Origin: Jiangellales bacterium | GTDB taxonomy: Bacteria; Actinomycetota; Actinomycetes; Jiangellales; Jiangellaceae | Direction: 5' to 3' | Assembly: GCA_035462375.1 (NCBI GenBank) | Contig: DATHUJ010000057.1 | Span: 114-64,113, forward strand | DNA length: 64,000 nucleotides | In this document: one piece after another, positions 45,477 through 54,687 of the stretch | Layout: each line of letters starts with the position of its first letter | Numbering within the stretch: the stretch's first letter is position 1 | The notes under the pieces: model-generated | Databases searched by the model: none | What the model was told of the DNA's origin: nothing | What the model saw: the letters and a program-made list of their open reading frames with translations, nothing else | Position numbers and translations under genes: made by a program

Positions 45477-48128
45477 TTGGCCACCGCCCGCACGACGGAC
45501 CCGCGCCGCCTGGTCATCGTCGAGTCGCCCGCCAAGGCGAGGACGATCGCCGGCTACCTCGGTCGCGGCTACGTCGTCGAGTCGTCGGTGGGCCACATCC
45601 GCGACCTGCCTAGCAAGAAGACCGAGGTCCCGGCGGCCGAGCGCGACCGCTTCGGTGCCCCGGTGGGCGTCGACGTCGACGGCGGCTTCGAGCCGCTCTA
45701 CATCGTCCCGGCCGACAAGAAGGCCCAGGTCCGCAAGCTCAAGGCCCTGCTCAAGGACGCCGACGAGCTCTACCTCGCAACGGACGAGGACCGCGAGGGC
45801 GAGGCGATCGCCTGGCACCTGCGCGAGGAGCTCGAGCCCAAGGTCCCCGTCCGCCGGATGGTCTTCCACGAGATCACCCGCGAGGCGATCCGCCAGGCCG
45901 TCGAACAGCCGCGGGACATCGACGAGCACCTCGTCGACGCGCAGGAGACCCGCCGGATCGTCGACCGCCTGTTCGGCTACGAGGTGTCTCCCGTCCTCTG
46001 GCGCAAGGTGATGCAGGGGCTGTCCGCCGGGCGGGTGCAGAGCGTCGCCACTCGGCTCGTGGTCGACCGCGAGCGCGAGCGGATGGCCTTCCGCACCGCG
46101 CAGTACTGGGACCTGCTCGCGACCCTCGACACCGGCCGACCCTCGTCGCCGGCCGAGCCCTCGGCGTTCGACGCGCGCCTGGCGGGTGTGGACGGCCGCC
46201 GGGTGGCCACCGGGCGGGACTTCGACTCCCAGGGTCGTCTCACGGGCCGCGACGTCGCCGTCCTCGACGAGACCCGCGCCCGCGACCTGGCCCAGGGGCT
46301 CACGGGGGCCGCCTTCGCGGTCCGCTCCGTGGAGAGCAGGCCGTACCGGCGGAGCCCGTACGCGCCGTTCCGCACCACGACCCTCCAGCAGGAGGCCAGC
46401 CGCAAGCTGGGCTTCGGAGCGGCCCGGACGATGCAGGTGGCGCAGCGGCTGTACGAGAACGGCTACATCACCTACATGCGGACCGACTCCACGACCCTCT
46501 CCGACGCTGCCGTGGCGGCGGCCCGCGCCCAGGTCCGCGAGCTGTACGGCGCCGACTACCTGCCGGACGTGCCCCGTACGTACGCGAGCAAGGTCAAGAA
46601 CGCTCAGGAGGCGCACGAGGCGATCCGCCCGGCCGGGGACAGCTTCCGTACGCCGGCGGAGACGGGTTTGACCGGCGAGCAGTTCCGCCTCTACGAGCTG
46701 ATCTGGATGCGCACGGTGGCCTCGCAGATGCGCGACGCGGTCGGACAGACGCTCACCGTCCGGGTCGGCGCGCGCGCCGGGTCCGGGGAGGACTGCGAGT
46801 TCACCGCCTCCGGCCGCACGATCACCTTCTTCGGCTTCCTCAAGGCGTACGTGGAGGGGGCCGACGACCCGGAGGCCGAGCTCGACGACCGGGAGCGGCG
46901 GCTGCCGCCGCTGACCGAGGGCCAGGCGCTCACCGCAGTGGCTGTCGAGCCGGACGGGCACACCACCAAGCCGCCCGCCCGCTACACCGAGGCGACCCTG
47001 GTCAGGGAGCTCGAGGAGCGCGAGATCGGCCGCCCCTCGACCTACGCGTCGATCATCCGGACGATCCTCGACCGGGGCTACGTCTCCAAGCGCGGCAGCG
47101 CGCTCGTCCCGTCCTGGCTGGCGTTCGCGGTGGTGCGGCTGCTGGAGCAGCACTTCACCTGGCTGGTCGACTACGAGTTCACCGCGCGGATGGAGGACGG
47201 CCTCGACGACATCGCGGGCGGCCGGACCGACCGCGTCGTGGCGCTGGACCGCTTCTGGAACGGCGGCGGCGGCATCGAGGGGCTGCGCCCGCTCGTCGAG
47301 AACCTCGGCGAGATCGACGCTCGCGGTATCTCGTCGTTCTCGATCGGCGGCCCGGACTCCGGCCTCACCTTGCGGGTGGGGCGTTACGGCCCGTACGTGG
47401 AGAACGGTGAAGGCGCCCGGGGGTCGGTTCCCGAGGACCTGCCGCCGGACGAGCTCACCGTCGAGCGGGCTCGGGAGCTGCTGGCGGCGGGCAACGGTGA
47501 CCGCGAGCTCGGAACCCACCCCGAGACCGGTCGCCCGATCGTCGCGAAGTCGGGCCGCTTCGGCCCGTACGTGACCGAGGTCCTGCCCGACGATGCACCG
47601 AAGGGTGCGAAGGCGCGGACGGCGTCGCTGTTCTCGACCATGTCGCTGGACGACGTCTCCCTCGACGACGCGGTCCGACTTCTCACGCTGCCGCGAGTCG
47701 TCGGCACCGACCCGGAGACAGGAGCGGAGATCACCGCGCAGAACGGCCGCTACGGCCCGTACCTGCGCAAGGGCTCGGACTCGCGCTCGCTGGAGAGCGA
47801 GGAGCAGCTCTTCACGGTGACGCTCGAGGAGGCGCTGGCCCTCTACGCGCAGCCCAAGCAGCGCGGCCGGCGGGGGGCGGCCGCCGCTGCTCCGCTGAGG
47901 GAGCTCGGCCCCGATCCCGCCTCGGGCCAGCCGATGGTGGTCAAGGAGGGCCGCTTCGGCGCCTACATCACCGACGGCGAGACCAACGTCACCGTCCCTC
48001 GGGGCACCCAGCTCGAGGAGCTCACCGGCGAGCGGGCTGCCGAGCTGCTCGCCGAGAAGCGGGCCAAGGGCCCGGCGCCGAAGCGGTCGCGCAGCCGGGC
48101 CAAGGCCGGGCAGCGCTCGCGCCGCTGA
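45477..48128 (+). CDS. topA: DNA topoisomerase I
   Basis: TTG start after GAGGAG. It has a TOPRIM region (LVIVESPAKARTIAGYLG), the active-site region GYITYMRTDS, and a basic C-terminal tail without zinc ribbons, as in actinobacterial TopA. Confidence 0.95.
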   Translation: MATARTTDPRRLVIVESPAKARTIAGYLGRGYVVESSVGHIRDLPSKKTEVPAAERDRFGAPVGVDVDGGFEPLYIVPADKKAQVRKLKALLKDADELYLATDEDREGEAIAWHLREELEPKVPVRRMVFHEITREAIRQAVEQPRDIDEHLVDAQETRRIVDRLFGYEVSPVLWRKVMQGLSAGRVQSVATRLVVDRERERMAFRTAQYWDLLATLDTGRPSSPAEPSAFDARLAGVDGRRVATGRDFDSQGRLTGRDVAVLDETRARDLAQGLTGAAFAVRSVESRPYRRSPYAPFRTTTLQQEASRKLGFGAARTMQVAQRLYENGYITYMRTDSTTLSDAAVAAARAQVRELYGADYLPDVPRTYASKVKNAQEAHEAIRPAGDSFRTPAETGLTGEQFRLYELIWMRTVASQMRDAVGQTLTVRVGARAGSGEDCEFTASGRTITFFGFLKAYVEGADDPEAELDDRERRLPPLTEGQALTAVAVEPDGHTTKPPARYTEATLVRELEEREIGRPSTYASIIRTILDRGYVSKRGSALVPSWLAFAVVRLLEQHFTWLVDYEFTARMEDGLDDIAGGRTDRVVALDRFWNGGGGIEGLRPLVENLGEIDARGISSFSIGGPDSGLTLRVGRYGPYVENGEGARGSVPEDLPPDELTVERARELLAAGNGDRELGTHPETGRPIVAKSGRFGPYVTEVLPDDAPKGAKARTASLFSTMSLDDVSLDDAVRLLTLPRVVGTDPETGAEITAQNGRYGPYLRKGSDSRSLESEEQLFTVTLEEALALYAQPKQRGRRGAAAAAPLRELGPDPASGQPMVVKEGRFGAYITDGETNVTVPRGTQLEELTGERAAELLAEKRAKGPAPKRSRSRAKAGQRSRR

Positions 48129-48164
48129 GCACGGGGCAGTCGGCTTGGGGGCGGCCGGAGCGGG

Positions 48165-50285
48165 GTGTCCGGACCGCTCACTAGTCTGGCGGGCGTGGCT
48201 GACCAGGCGGCGCTCGGTGCGGTGACGCCCCGGCACGACCTGCGAGGAGTGCTGGCGATCCGGCGCTTCCGCCGACTGTGGTTCGCCATGTCCGTCTCCA
48301 GCATCGGCGACTGGCTCGGGCTGCTGGCGCTGACCGCTCTGGCCAGCCAGCTCGCGGCCGGCTCGTACGCGGCGCAGAACTACGCGATCGCCGGCGTGCT
48401 CCTGCTCCGGCTGGTTCCGGCGATCGTGCTCGCGCCCTTCGCCGGCCTGGTGGCGGACCGGCTGGACCGGCGGACGACGATGATCGTCGGCGACGTCCTG
48501 CGGGCGCTCATCGTGCTCTCGATCCCGCTGGTCGGGACGCTGTGGTGGGTCTTCGTCGCCACCCTGCTGATGGAGACGGTGAGCCTGTTCTGGCTGCCGG
48601 CCAAGGAGGCCAGCATCCCCAACCTGGTACCCCGCGAGCGCCTGGAGGCCGCCAACCAACTGTCCCTGCTGGCGTCGTACGGGAGTGCACCGGTCGCGGC
48701 CGCGATCTTCACCAGCCTCGCGGTGGTCAGCCGGGTGATCGGCCAGGTCGTCGAGTACCTCGGCACCAACCCGGTCACGCTCGCGCTGGTCATCGACGGC
48801 ATCACGTTCCTGGTGTCGGCCGTGATCATCGTCGGGATCCGCGACTTCCCCAAGGCGACCGTCTCCGGCGCCGGTCGGGGCACCGTCCTCGGCGCCCTCC
48901 TCGACGGCTGGCGGTTCATCGGTACCACGCCGCTGGTCCGGGCGCTGGTGATCGGCATCGTCGGCGCCTTCGCGGCGGGGGGCACGGTGGTCGGGCTGGG
49001 CCGCACCTTCGCCGGTGACCTCGGAGCGGCCGAGGCGGGCTACGGGTTGCTCTTCGGGGCCGTCTTCCTCGGCTTGGCCGGCGGGATGGTGGTCGGGCCT
49101 CGGGTCCTGCGCGACCTCTCCCGGCACCGCCTCTTCGGCCTCGCGCTCACCAGTGCCGGCGTCCTGCTCGTGGCCGTCGCCCTGGTGCAGGACTTCGTGA
49201 TCGTGATCGCGCTGGTCCTGGCGCTCGGCGTCTGCGCAGGCACTGCGTGGGTCACCGCCCTCACGCTGCTCGGCCTCGAGGTCGAGGACTCCATCCGCGG
49301 GCGCACGTTCGCCTTCGTCCAGGCTGCCGTCCGGGTGGCCCTCGCCGCCGTGCTGGCGCTGGCGCCCCTCGTCGCCGGCTTCATCGGCACCAACCGGGTG
49401 ACGATCGGCACGCTCGAGCTCGACTACAACGGTGCCGCGGTCACGATGCTGATCGGCGGCCTGGTGGCCGTGGCCGTCGGCGCGATCTCGTTCCACCAGA
49501 TGGACGACCGGGCGGGTGTACCGCTGTGGGCCGACGTCATGGGCGCGCTCCGCGCCCGGGTCGGGCACCGGGTGTCCGGTCGCAGCCTCGGCGGGCTCTT
49601 CGTGGCTTTCGAGGGCGGTGACGGGGCCGGCAAGTCGACCCAGGCCCGCCTGCTGGCCAGGTGGTTGGAGACCACGGGACGAGAGGTCGTGCTCACCCAC
49701 GAGCCCGGCGACAGCCGGATCGGTCCCCAGGTGCGACGCCTCCTGCTCGACAACGGCAGTGCGGGCCTCTCGCCGCGGGCCGAGGCACTCCTCTATGCCG
49801 CGGACCGGGCGGAGCACGTCGCCTCGGTCGTGCGGCCCGCCCTCGTCCGTGGCGCCTGCGTCGTGACCGACCGCTACGTGGACTCCTCGGTCGCCTACCA
49901 GGGCGTCGGTCGCGGGCTGTCCGCTCATGACGTGGCCCGGGTCTCGCGCTTCGCCACCGAGGGCCTGGTGCCCGACCTCACGGTGGTGCTCGACGTCCCC
50001 GCCCGGGTCGGCCGCGACCGCCTGACCGGACCGGCTGACCGCCTGGAGAGCGAGCCCGAGGCCTTCCACGAGGCGGTGCGCGACGCCTTCCGCGAGCTCG
50101 CACAGCGCTCCCCGCACCGGTATGTCGTCGTCGACGCCACGGGCGATGCAGACGGGGTCGCGACCGCCGTCCGCGCCGCCGTCCGTCCGCTCATGGTCAG
50201 CCCGCCGAGCGAACCGGGCGACGTCGCTGCGGCACCGTCTCCCGACCCCGACCGGACCCGGACGCTCCCGGCGGTGGACCGGTGA
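48165..50285 (+). CDS. tmk: fusion protein: N-terminal MFS-like 12-TM domain + C-terminal dTMP kinase
   Basis: The MFS part reads RFRRLWFAMSVSSIGDWLG...GLVADRLDRR. The kinase part has FVAFEGGDGAGKSTQ and DRYVDSSVAYQG, plus a Pro-rich tail. Confidence 0.9.
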   Translation: MSGPLTSLAGVADQAALGAVTPRHDLRGVLAIRRFRRLWFAMSVSSIGDWLGLLALTALASQLAAGSYAAQNYAIAGVLLLRLVPAIVLAPFAGLVADRLDRRTTMIVGDVLRALIVLSIPLVGTLWWVFVATLLMETVSLFWLPAKEASIPNLVPRERLEAANQLSLLASYGSAPVAAAIFTSLAVVSRVIGQVVEYLGTNPVTLALVIDGITFLVSAVIIVGIRDFPKATVSGAGRGTVLGALLDGWRFIGTTPLVRALVIGIVGAFAAGGTVVGLGRTFAGDLGAAEAGYGLLFGAVFLGLAGGMVVGPRVLRDLSRHRLFGLALTSAGVLLVAVALVQDFVIVIALVLALGVCAGTAWVTALTLLGLEVEDSIRGRTFAFVQAAVRVALAAVLALAPLVAGFIGTNRVTIGTLELDYNGAAVTMLIGGLVAVAVGAISFHQMDDRAGVPLWADVMGALRARVGHRVSGRSLGGLFVAFEGGDGAGKSTQARLLARWLETTGREVVLTHEPGDSRIGPQVRRLLLDNGSAGLSPRAEALLYAADRAEHVASVVRPALVRGACVVTDRYVDSSVAYQGVGRGLSAHDVARVSRFATEGLVPDLTVVLDVPARVGRDRLTGPADRLESEPEAFHEAVRDAFRELAQRSPHRYVVVDATGDADGVATAVRAAVRPLMVSPPSEPGDVAAAPSPDPDRTRTLPAVDR

Positions 50286-51442
50286 CCGTCTGGGACGCGG
50301 TGGTCGGCCAGCCGGTGGTCACCGACCTGCGGCGCAGCATCGAGGATGCCGCCGAGATCCTCGCCGGAGCGCCGGGCGCCGGCTCGATGACCCACGCGTG
50401 GCTGTTCACCGGCCCGCCGGGCTCCGGACGCTCGGTCGTGGCGCGGGCCTTCGCCGCAGCCCTGGAGTGCCCGGCCGGTGGGTGCGGCGAGTGCTCCGAG
50501 TGCCGGACCACGCTGGCCGGCAGCCACCCCGACGTCCACCACGTCGTCACACAGGCGCTGTCCATCAAGGTCAAGGAGGTCCGCGCGCTGGTGCCACGTG
50601 CCGCGCTGCGACCGTCCCGTGGCAGGTGGCAGATCGTCCTCGTCGAGGACGCCGACCGGCTCGGTGAGGACGCGGCCGACGCGCTGCTCCTCTCCGTGGA
50701 GGAGCCGCCCGAGCGCACTGTCTGGATGCTCTGCGCGCCCACGCCCGAGGACATCGTCCCCACGATCCGGTCCCGGTGCCGCATCGTCCACCTCCGCACC
50801 CCGCCCACCTCCGCCGTCGCCCGGCACCTCGTCACCAGCTCCGGGGTCGACCCGGCCATGGCCGAGTTCGCGGCGCGGGCGTCGCAGGGCCACATCGGAC
50901 GTGCGCGCGCGCTCGCGACGCTCGAGGACGTCCGACTACGCCGGGCCGAGGTGCTCCGGCTCCCCTTCTCGTTGGCCGACCTCCGCACCTGTCTGGACGC
51001 CGCCGCCGCCCTCGTCGAAGCGGCCAAGGCCGACGCCGAGCACCGCTGCGACGAGCTCGACGAGCGCGAGGTCGAGGACCTCAAGCGGGCCCTCGGCGTC
51101 GGCAGCACGGGTCGGCGCCCGCGCAACGTCGATGCCGCGATCAAGGAGCTCGAGCGCGAGCAGAAGCTGCGCCGTACACGCGTCCAGCGGGACTCCATCG
51201 ACCGGGCGCTCGTGGACGTCCTCGCGCTCTACCGTGACGTCCTCGTCGTTCAGCTCGGGAGCACCGTGGAGCTGGTCAACGACGAGCTCCGGCCCTCGGT
51301 GGAGCGCCTCGCCCGCACGTCGTCCGCGGAGTCGACGCTTCGCCGGATGGAGGCAGTCGTCGCCGCCCGCGAGGCCCTCGAGGCCAACGCGCTGCCGCTG
51401 CTCGCCCTCGAGTCCATGGCGCTGTCGGTGCGCGAGGGCTGA
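50282..51442 (+). CDS. holB: DNA polymerase III subunit delta'
   Basis: It reads HAWLFTGPPGSGRS, CGECSECR...GSHPDV, and has an SRC motif (TIRSRCR). Its GTG overlaps the tmk stop. Confidence 0.9.
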   Translation: MTVWDAVVGQPVVTDLRRSIEDAAEILAGAPGAGSMTHAWLFTGPPGSGRSVVARAFAAALECPAGGCGECSECRTTLAGSHPDVHHVVTQALSIKVKEVRALVPRAALRPSRGRWQIVLVEDADRLGEDAADALLLSVEEPPERTVWMLCAPTPEDIVPTIRSRCRIVHLRTPPTSAVARHLVTSSGVDPAMAEFAARASQGHIGRARALATLEDVRLRRAEVLRLPFSLADLRTCLDAAAALVEAAKADAEHRCDELDEREVEDLKRALGVGSTGRRPRNVDAAIKELEREQKLRRTRVQRDSIDRALVDVLALYRDVLVVQLGSTVELVNDELRPSVERLARTSSAESTLRRMEAVVAAREALEANALPLLALESMALSVREG

Positions 51443-51503
51443 CCAGGCGGTCGCCCGCCCCCGTGCGTACCGCCCGAGCCGTCGTAGGGTGACGGGCGTG
51501 GGC

Positions 51504-52379
51504 ATGGTGATGGCGGTGGCGTTCACGCGCTACGGCCGGCTGTACTACCTCGACCCCGGTCCCCACGCGCCCCGGGTGGGCGACAAGGTGCTCGTGGCCA
51601 CGCACGACGGCCCGGAGGTGGCCGAGTGCGTCTGGGCACCGCAATGGGTGAGCGAGGACATCGGCCGCCTGCCGGTGTGTGCCGGCCCGGCCACCGAGCA
51701 GCACCTCGAGCGCGACGAGCGTAACCGGCGCCGACGGGCGGAGGCCAAGGTCGTGGCTCGACGGCTCGTGCGCGAGCACGGCCTGCCGATGAAGGTGGTG
51801 GCCGTCGACTACGTCGACACCCGCGACGACGTCGACGAGCTCGTCACCATCTACTTCAGCGCACCGCACCGGGTCGACTTCCGCGAGCTGGTCCGCGACC
51901 TGGCCCGGACCCTGCGAGCCCGCATCGACCTGCGCCAGCTCGGAGCGCGTGACGAGGCCCGCGTCCAGGGCGGGATCGGTCCGTGCGGGCGGGACACCTG
52001 TTGCTCGACGTTCCTCACCGACTTCGAGCCGGTGAGCGTACGGATGGCCAAGGACCAGGACCTGCCGCTCAACCCGCTGAAGATCTCCGGCGCCTGCGGG
52101 CGGCTGATGTGCTGCCTCAAGTACGAGCACCCGCTCTACCAGGACTTCAAGGTCAGCGTGCCCGCGCTCGGCTGCGGTGTGACCACCGACGAGGGCGTCG
52201 AGGGCAAGGTGGTCGGCTACAACGTGCCCGCCGGCACCGTCTACGTCCGGGACCGCGAGACCGGTCGCAAGGTCGCCTGCCCCAAGGCCAGCGTCTGCGG
52301 TTCCCGCCAGGCGTACGAGGGCGCTGTCGCCGACGGGGCCCGCCCGACGCCCGACGTAGGGGGGGAGGACCCAGCGTGA
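51504..52379 (+). CDS. PSP1 domain protein (YaaT/RicT-like)
   Basis: It reads CGRDTCCSTFL...KISGACGRLMCCLKYE. The start could instead be GTG 51498. Confidence 0.85.
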   Translation: MVMAVAFTRYGRLYYLDPGPHAPRVGDKVLVATHDGPEVAECVWAPQWVSEDIGRLPVCAGPATEQHLERDERNRRRRAEAKVVARRLVREHGLPMKVVAVDYVDTRDDVDELVTIYFSAPHRVDFRELVRDLARTLRARIDLRQLGARDEARVQGGIGPCGRDTCCSTFLTDFEPVSVRMAKDQDLPLNPLKISGACGRLMCCLKYEHPLYQDFKVSVPALGCGVTTDEGVEGKVVGYNVPAGTVYVRDRETGRKVACPKASVCGSRQAYEGAVADGARPTPDVGGEDPA

Positions 52380-53908
52380 GGGTCCGTACGGGCTCCGCCC
52401 TGGTGGCCGCCGCGCTCCTCGCGGCGGCCTGTTCGTCGGTTGGGGGTCCCCCCGCTGCGGAGCGGGAGGACACGTCGACGCCGGCGCCCGACGCGACAGT
52501 GGGTGTCGAGCCCGGGCTCGAACAGTTCTACGAGCAGCGGGTGGTTTGGGAGCCGTGCGACGGTGACTTCCATTGCACGGTGCTGCGCGTGCCGCTCGAC
52601 TACGACGAACCCGAGGGCGAGGTCATCGACGTCGCGGTGCTGCGGTCTCCGGCGACGGGTGGCGAGCGACTCGGGTCGCTGGTGGTCAATCCTGGTGGAC
52701 CGGGCGCATCGGGCGTGGACTACGCGCGGGCTGCCCGTGCCGTGGTCGGCGGAGCGGTCCAGGATCGTTACGACATCGTGGGATTCGACCCGCGAGGGGT
52801 CGGCGAGTCCACTCCGGTCGACTGCCTGGACGACGATGCGCTCGATGACTTCGTCGCAGCCGACGCCTCGCCGGTCGACGATGCCGAGATCGCGGAGATC
52901 CAGGCCCAGTCGGCGGCCCTGGCGGCGGGATGCGCCGAGCTCTCCGGCGAGCTGCTGCCGCACATGTCCACCGAGGATGTCGCGCGTGACCTGGACGTGT
53001 TACGCGCCGTCCTGGGTGACGAGCAGCTGGTGTACCTGGGCAAGTCGTACGGAACCTTCATCGGCGCCACGTACGCCGATCTCTTTCCCGAGCGGGTCGG
53101 CCGGATGGTCCTCGACGGTGCGCTCGACCCGGCGTTGGGCGGCGAGGAGATGGCCCTCGGCCAGGCCGAGGGCTTCGAGCGGGCACTCCGCGCCTACCTG
53201 GAGGAGTGTCTCGCCGGCGACTGCCCGCTCGGGCGCACACTCGGGGAGGCCCAGGTCACGCTCGACAACCTGCTGGCGGTCATCGACGCCCAGCCGCTGC
53301 CGACCGGCGACGGGGACCGGCCGCTGACACAGTCGCTGGCGCTGCTGGGGATCGCCATGCCGTTGTACCTCAACCCCGAGCAGGGCTACGCGGCACTGAC
53401 GGACGCGCTGTCCCAGGCCCTCGCCGGCGACGGCTCGGGGCTGCTGACGCTGGCGGACCTCTACCTCGACCGTGGCTCCGACGGCTACAACAGCAACCAG
53501 AACGAAGCCATCTACGCCGTGAACTGCCTGGATCGCCCGGGCACCTCGACGGTCGACGAGATCCGAGAGGCCGAGGAGCGCTTCGCTGATGTGTCCCCGA
53601 TCTTCGGGCCCTACCTCGCCTGGAGCGGACTCCCCTGTGTCACCTGGCCGGCCGAGTCCACCGCCACACGCGGACCGCTGACCGCCGAGGGTGCGGCACC
53701 GATCCTGGTCGTCGGGACCACCGGCGATCCCGCGACGCCGTACGAGTGGGCGGTGTCCCTCGCCGAGCAGCTGTCGTCGGGCGTTCTCCTCACTCACGAG
53801 GGCTTCGTCCACACCGCGTACCGGAAGGATGTCGACTGCGTCGACGAGGTGGTGGACCGGTACCTGATCGACGGTGAGCCGCCCGAGGACGGGCTCGTCT
53901 GCGAGTGA
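52376..53908 (+). CDS. secreted alpha/beta hydrolase lipoprotein (tripeptidyl aminopeptidase-like, TAP C-terminal domain)
   Basis: It has a lipobox LLAAAC, NPGGPGASG and GKSYGT. GTG 52376 overlaps the PSP1 stop, and GGGAGG lies upstream. Confidence 0.8.
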   Translation: MRVRTGSALVAAALLAAACSSVGGPPAAEREDTSTPAPDATVGVEPGLEQFYEQRVVWEPCDGDFHCTVLRVPLDYDEPEGEVIDVAVLRSPATGGERLGSLVVNPGGPGASGVDYARAARAVVGGAVQDRYDIVGFDPRGVGESTPVDCLDDDALDDFVAADASPVDDAEIAEIQAQSAALAAGCAELSGELLPHMSTEDVARDLDVLRAVLGDEQLVYLGKSYGTFIGATYADLFPERVGRMVLDGALDPALGGEEMALGQAEGFERALRAYLEECLAGDCPLGRTLGEAQVTLDNLLAVIDAQPLPTGDGDRPLTQSLALLGIAMPLYLNPEQGYAALTDALSQALAGDGSGLLTLADLYLDRGSDGYNSNQNEAIYAVNCLDRPGTSTVDEIREAEERFADVSPIFGPYLAWSGLPCVTWPAESTATRGPLTAEGAAPILVVGTTGDPATPYEWAVSLAEQLSSGVLLTHEGFVHTAYRKDVDCVDEVVDRYLIDGEPPEDGLVCE

Positions 53909-54017
53909 CGGCGCTCCCGCGCTGCTTTCCGGTACGGGCGCTCCAGGGCCCCCGGCCTCGGTCTGGGCACCCGGCGGCCGCCCGTATACTCGGACGCCGC
54001 ACCGCGTCGCGGTGCTC

Positions 54018-54091
54018 GCCGCCTTAGCTCAGTTGGCCAGAGCGACGCACTCGTAATGCGTAGGTCGTCGGTTCGATTCCGACAGGCGGCT
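54018..54091 (+). tRNA. tRNA-Thr (anticodon CGT)
   Basis: A hand-folded cloverleaf fits. The acceptor stem is GCCGCCT/AGGCGGC, the D arm GCTC-AGTTGGCCA-GAGC, the anticodon arm ACGCA-CTCGTAA-TGCGT and the T arm GTCGG-TTCGATT-CCGAC. It is 74 nt and CCA is not encoded. Confidence 0.9.
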
Positions 54092-54204
54092 CTCGTTGAC
54101 CTGTGACGATGCGTTCTCCGGAGTCAAGAGGTCCCCGTCGACAGACCCAACCCTTACGTGAGGATCGGATGTAGGTGGATTCGGTGTGACTCCGTACGGC
54201 CGCG

Positions 54205-54235
54205 TTACGTGTCGACACTGACGTCAGGGTAGAGT
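54205..54235 (+). promoter_or_regulatory. MerR-type promoter: TTACGT -35, 19-bp spacer containing two abutting perfect 10-bp palindromes (GTGTCGACAC, CTGACGTCAG), TAGAGT -10
   Basis: Read directly from the sequence. The 19-nt spacing is the hallmark of MerR-activated promoters, and it lies about 40 nt upstream of the merR-like start. Confidence 0.5.
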
Positions 54236-54273
54236 CATCGACGGCGTGTCATCAGTCGATTGAGGTGTGGGGC

Positions 54274-54687
54274 GTGTCGTTGCAGCGGATGCAGATCGGC
54301 GAGGTCGCCGAGCGCACCGGCCTGTCGCTGCGCACCATCCGCTACTACGAGGAGGTCGGTCTGGTCCGGCCGTCGGCGCGGACACCGGGTGGCTTCCGCC
54401 TCTACACCGAGCCGGACGTGGCCCGGCTGAACTTGGTGAAGCGGATGAAGCCGCTGGAGTTCGCCCTCGACGAGGTGCGCGACCTGCTGGCGTCGCTGGA
54501 CGCCCTGGACGCCGACGAGCCGGGGCTGGACCGGGATGCCCAGCTGGACCGGCTGGCGATGTTCCGCGCCGCGGCGGAAGAACGATGCAAGGACCTGCGG
54601 GAGCGGCTGGAGACGGCGGAAGAGTTCGCCACGAGCCTGCGCCGGGAGATCAGCCGGCAGCGCCGGCTGGTCGGGCGGCCGAGGTGA
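54274..54687 (+). CDS. MerR-family transcriptional regulator
   Basis: It has an HTH (MQIGEVAERTGLSLRTIRYYEEVGLVRP...GFRLY) and a coiled-coil C-terminus. Candidate starts are GTG 54265, GTG 54274 (GAGG upstream) and ATG 54289. Confidence 0.85.
   Translation: MSLQRMQIGEVAERTGLSLRTIRYYEEVGLVRPSARTPGGFRLYTEPDVARLNLVKRMKPLEFALDEVRDLLASLDALDADEPGLDRDAQLDRLAMFRAAAEERCKDLRERLETAEEFATSLRREISRQRRLVGRPR

Noticed and set aside
44556-50117. 1853-aa ORF on the minus strand
   Set aside because: It is antisense to topA and the MFS-tmk fusion, with the same compositional artefact.
54092-54264. Integrated element or att site downstream of tRNA-Thr
   Set aside because: I saw no second copy of the tRNA 3' end (GGTTCGATTCCGACAGGCGGC) downstream and no integrase or phage genes. 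The following genes are housekeeping (prfC, rnj, pgi). The lower-GC stretch is better explained as the MerR-type promoter region.
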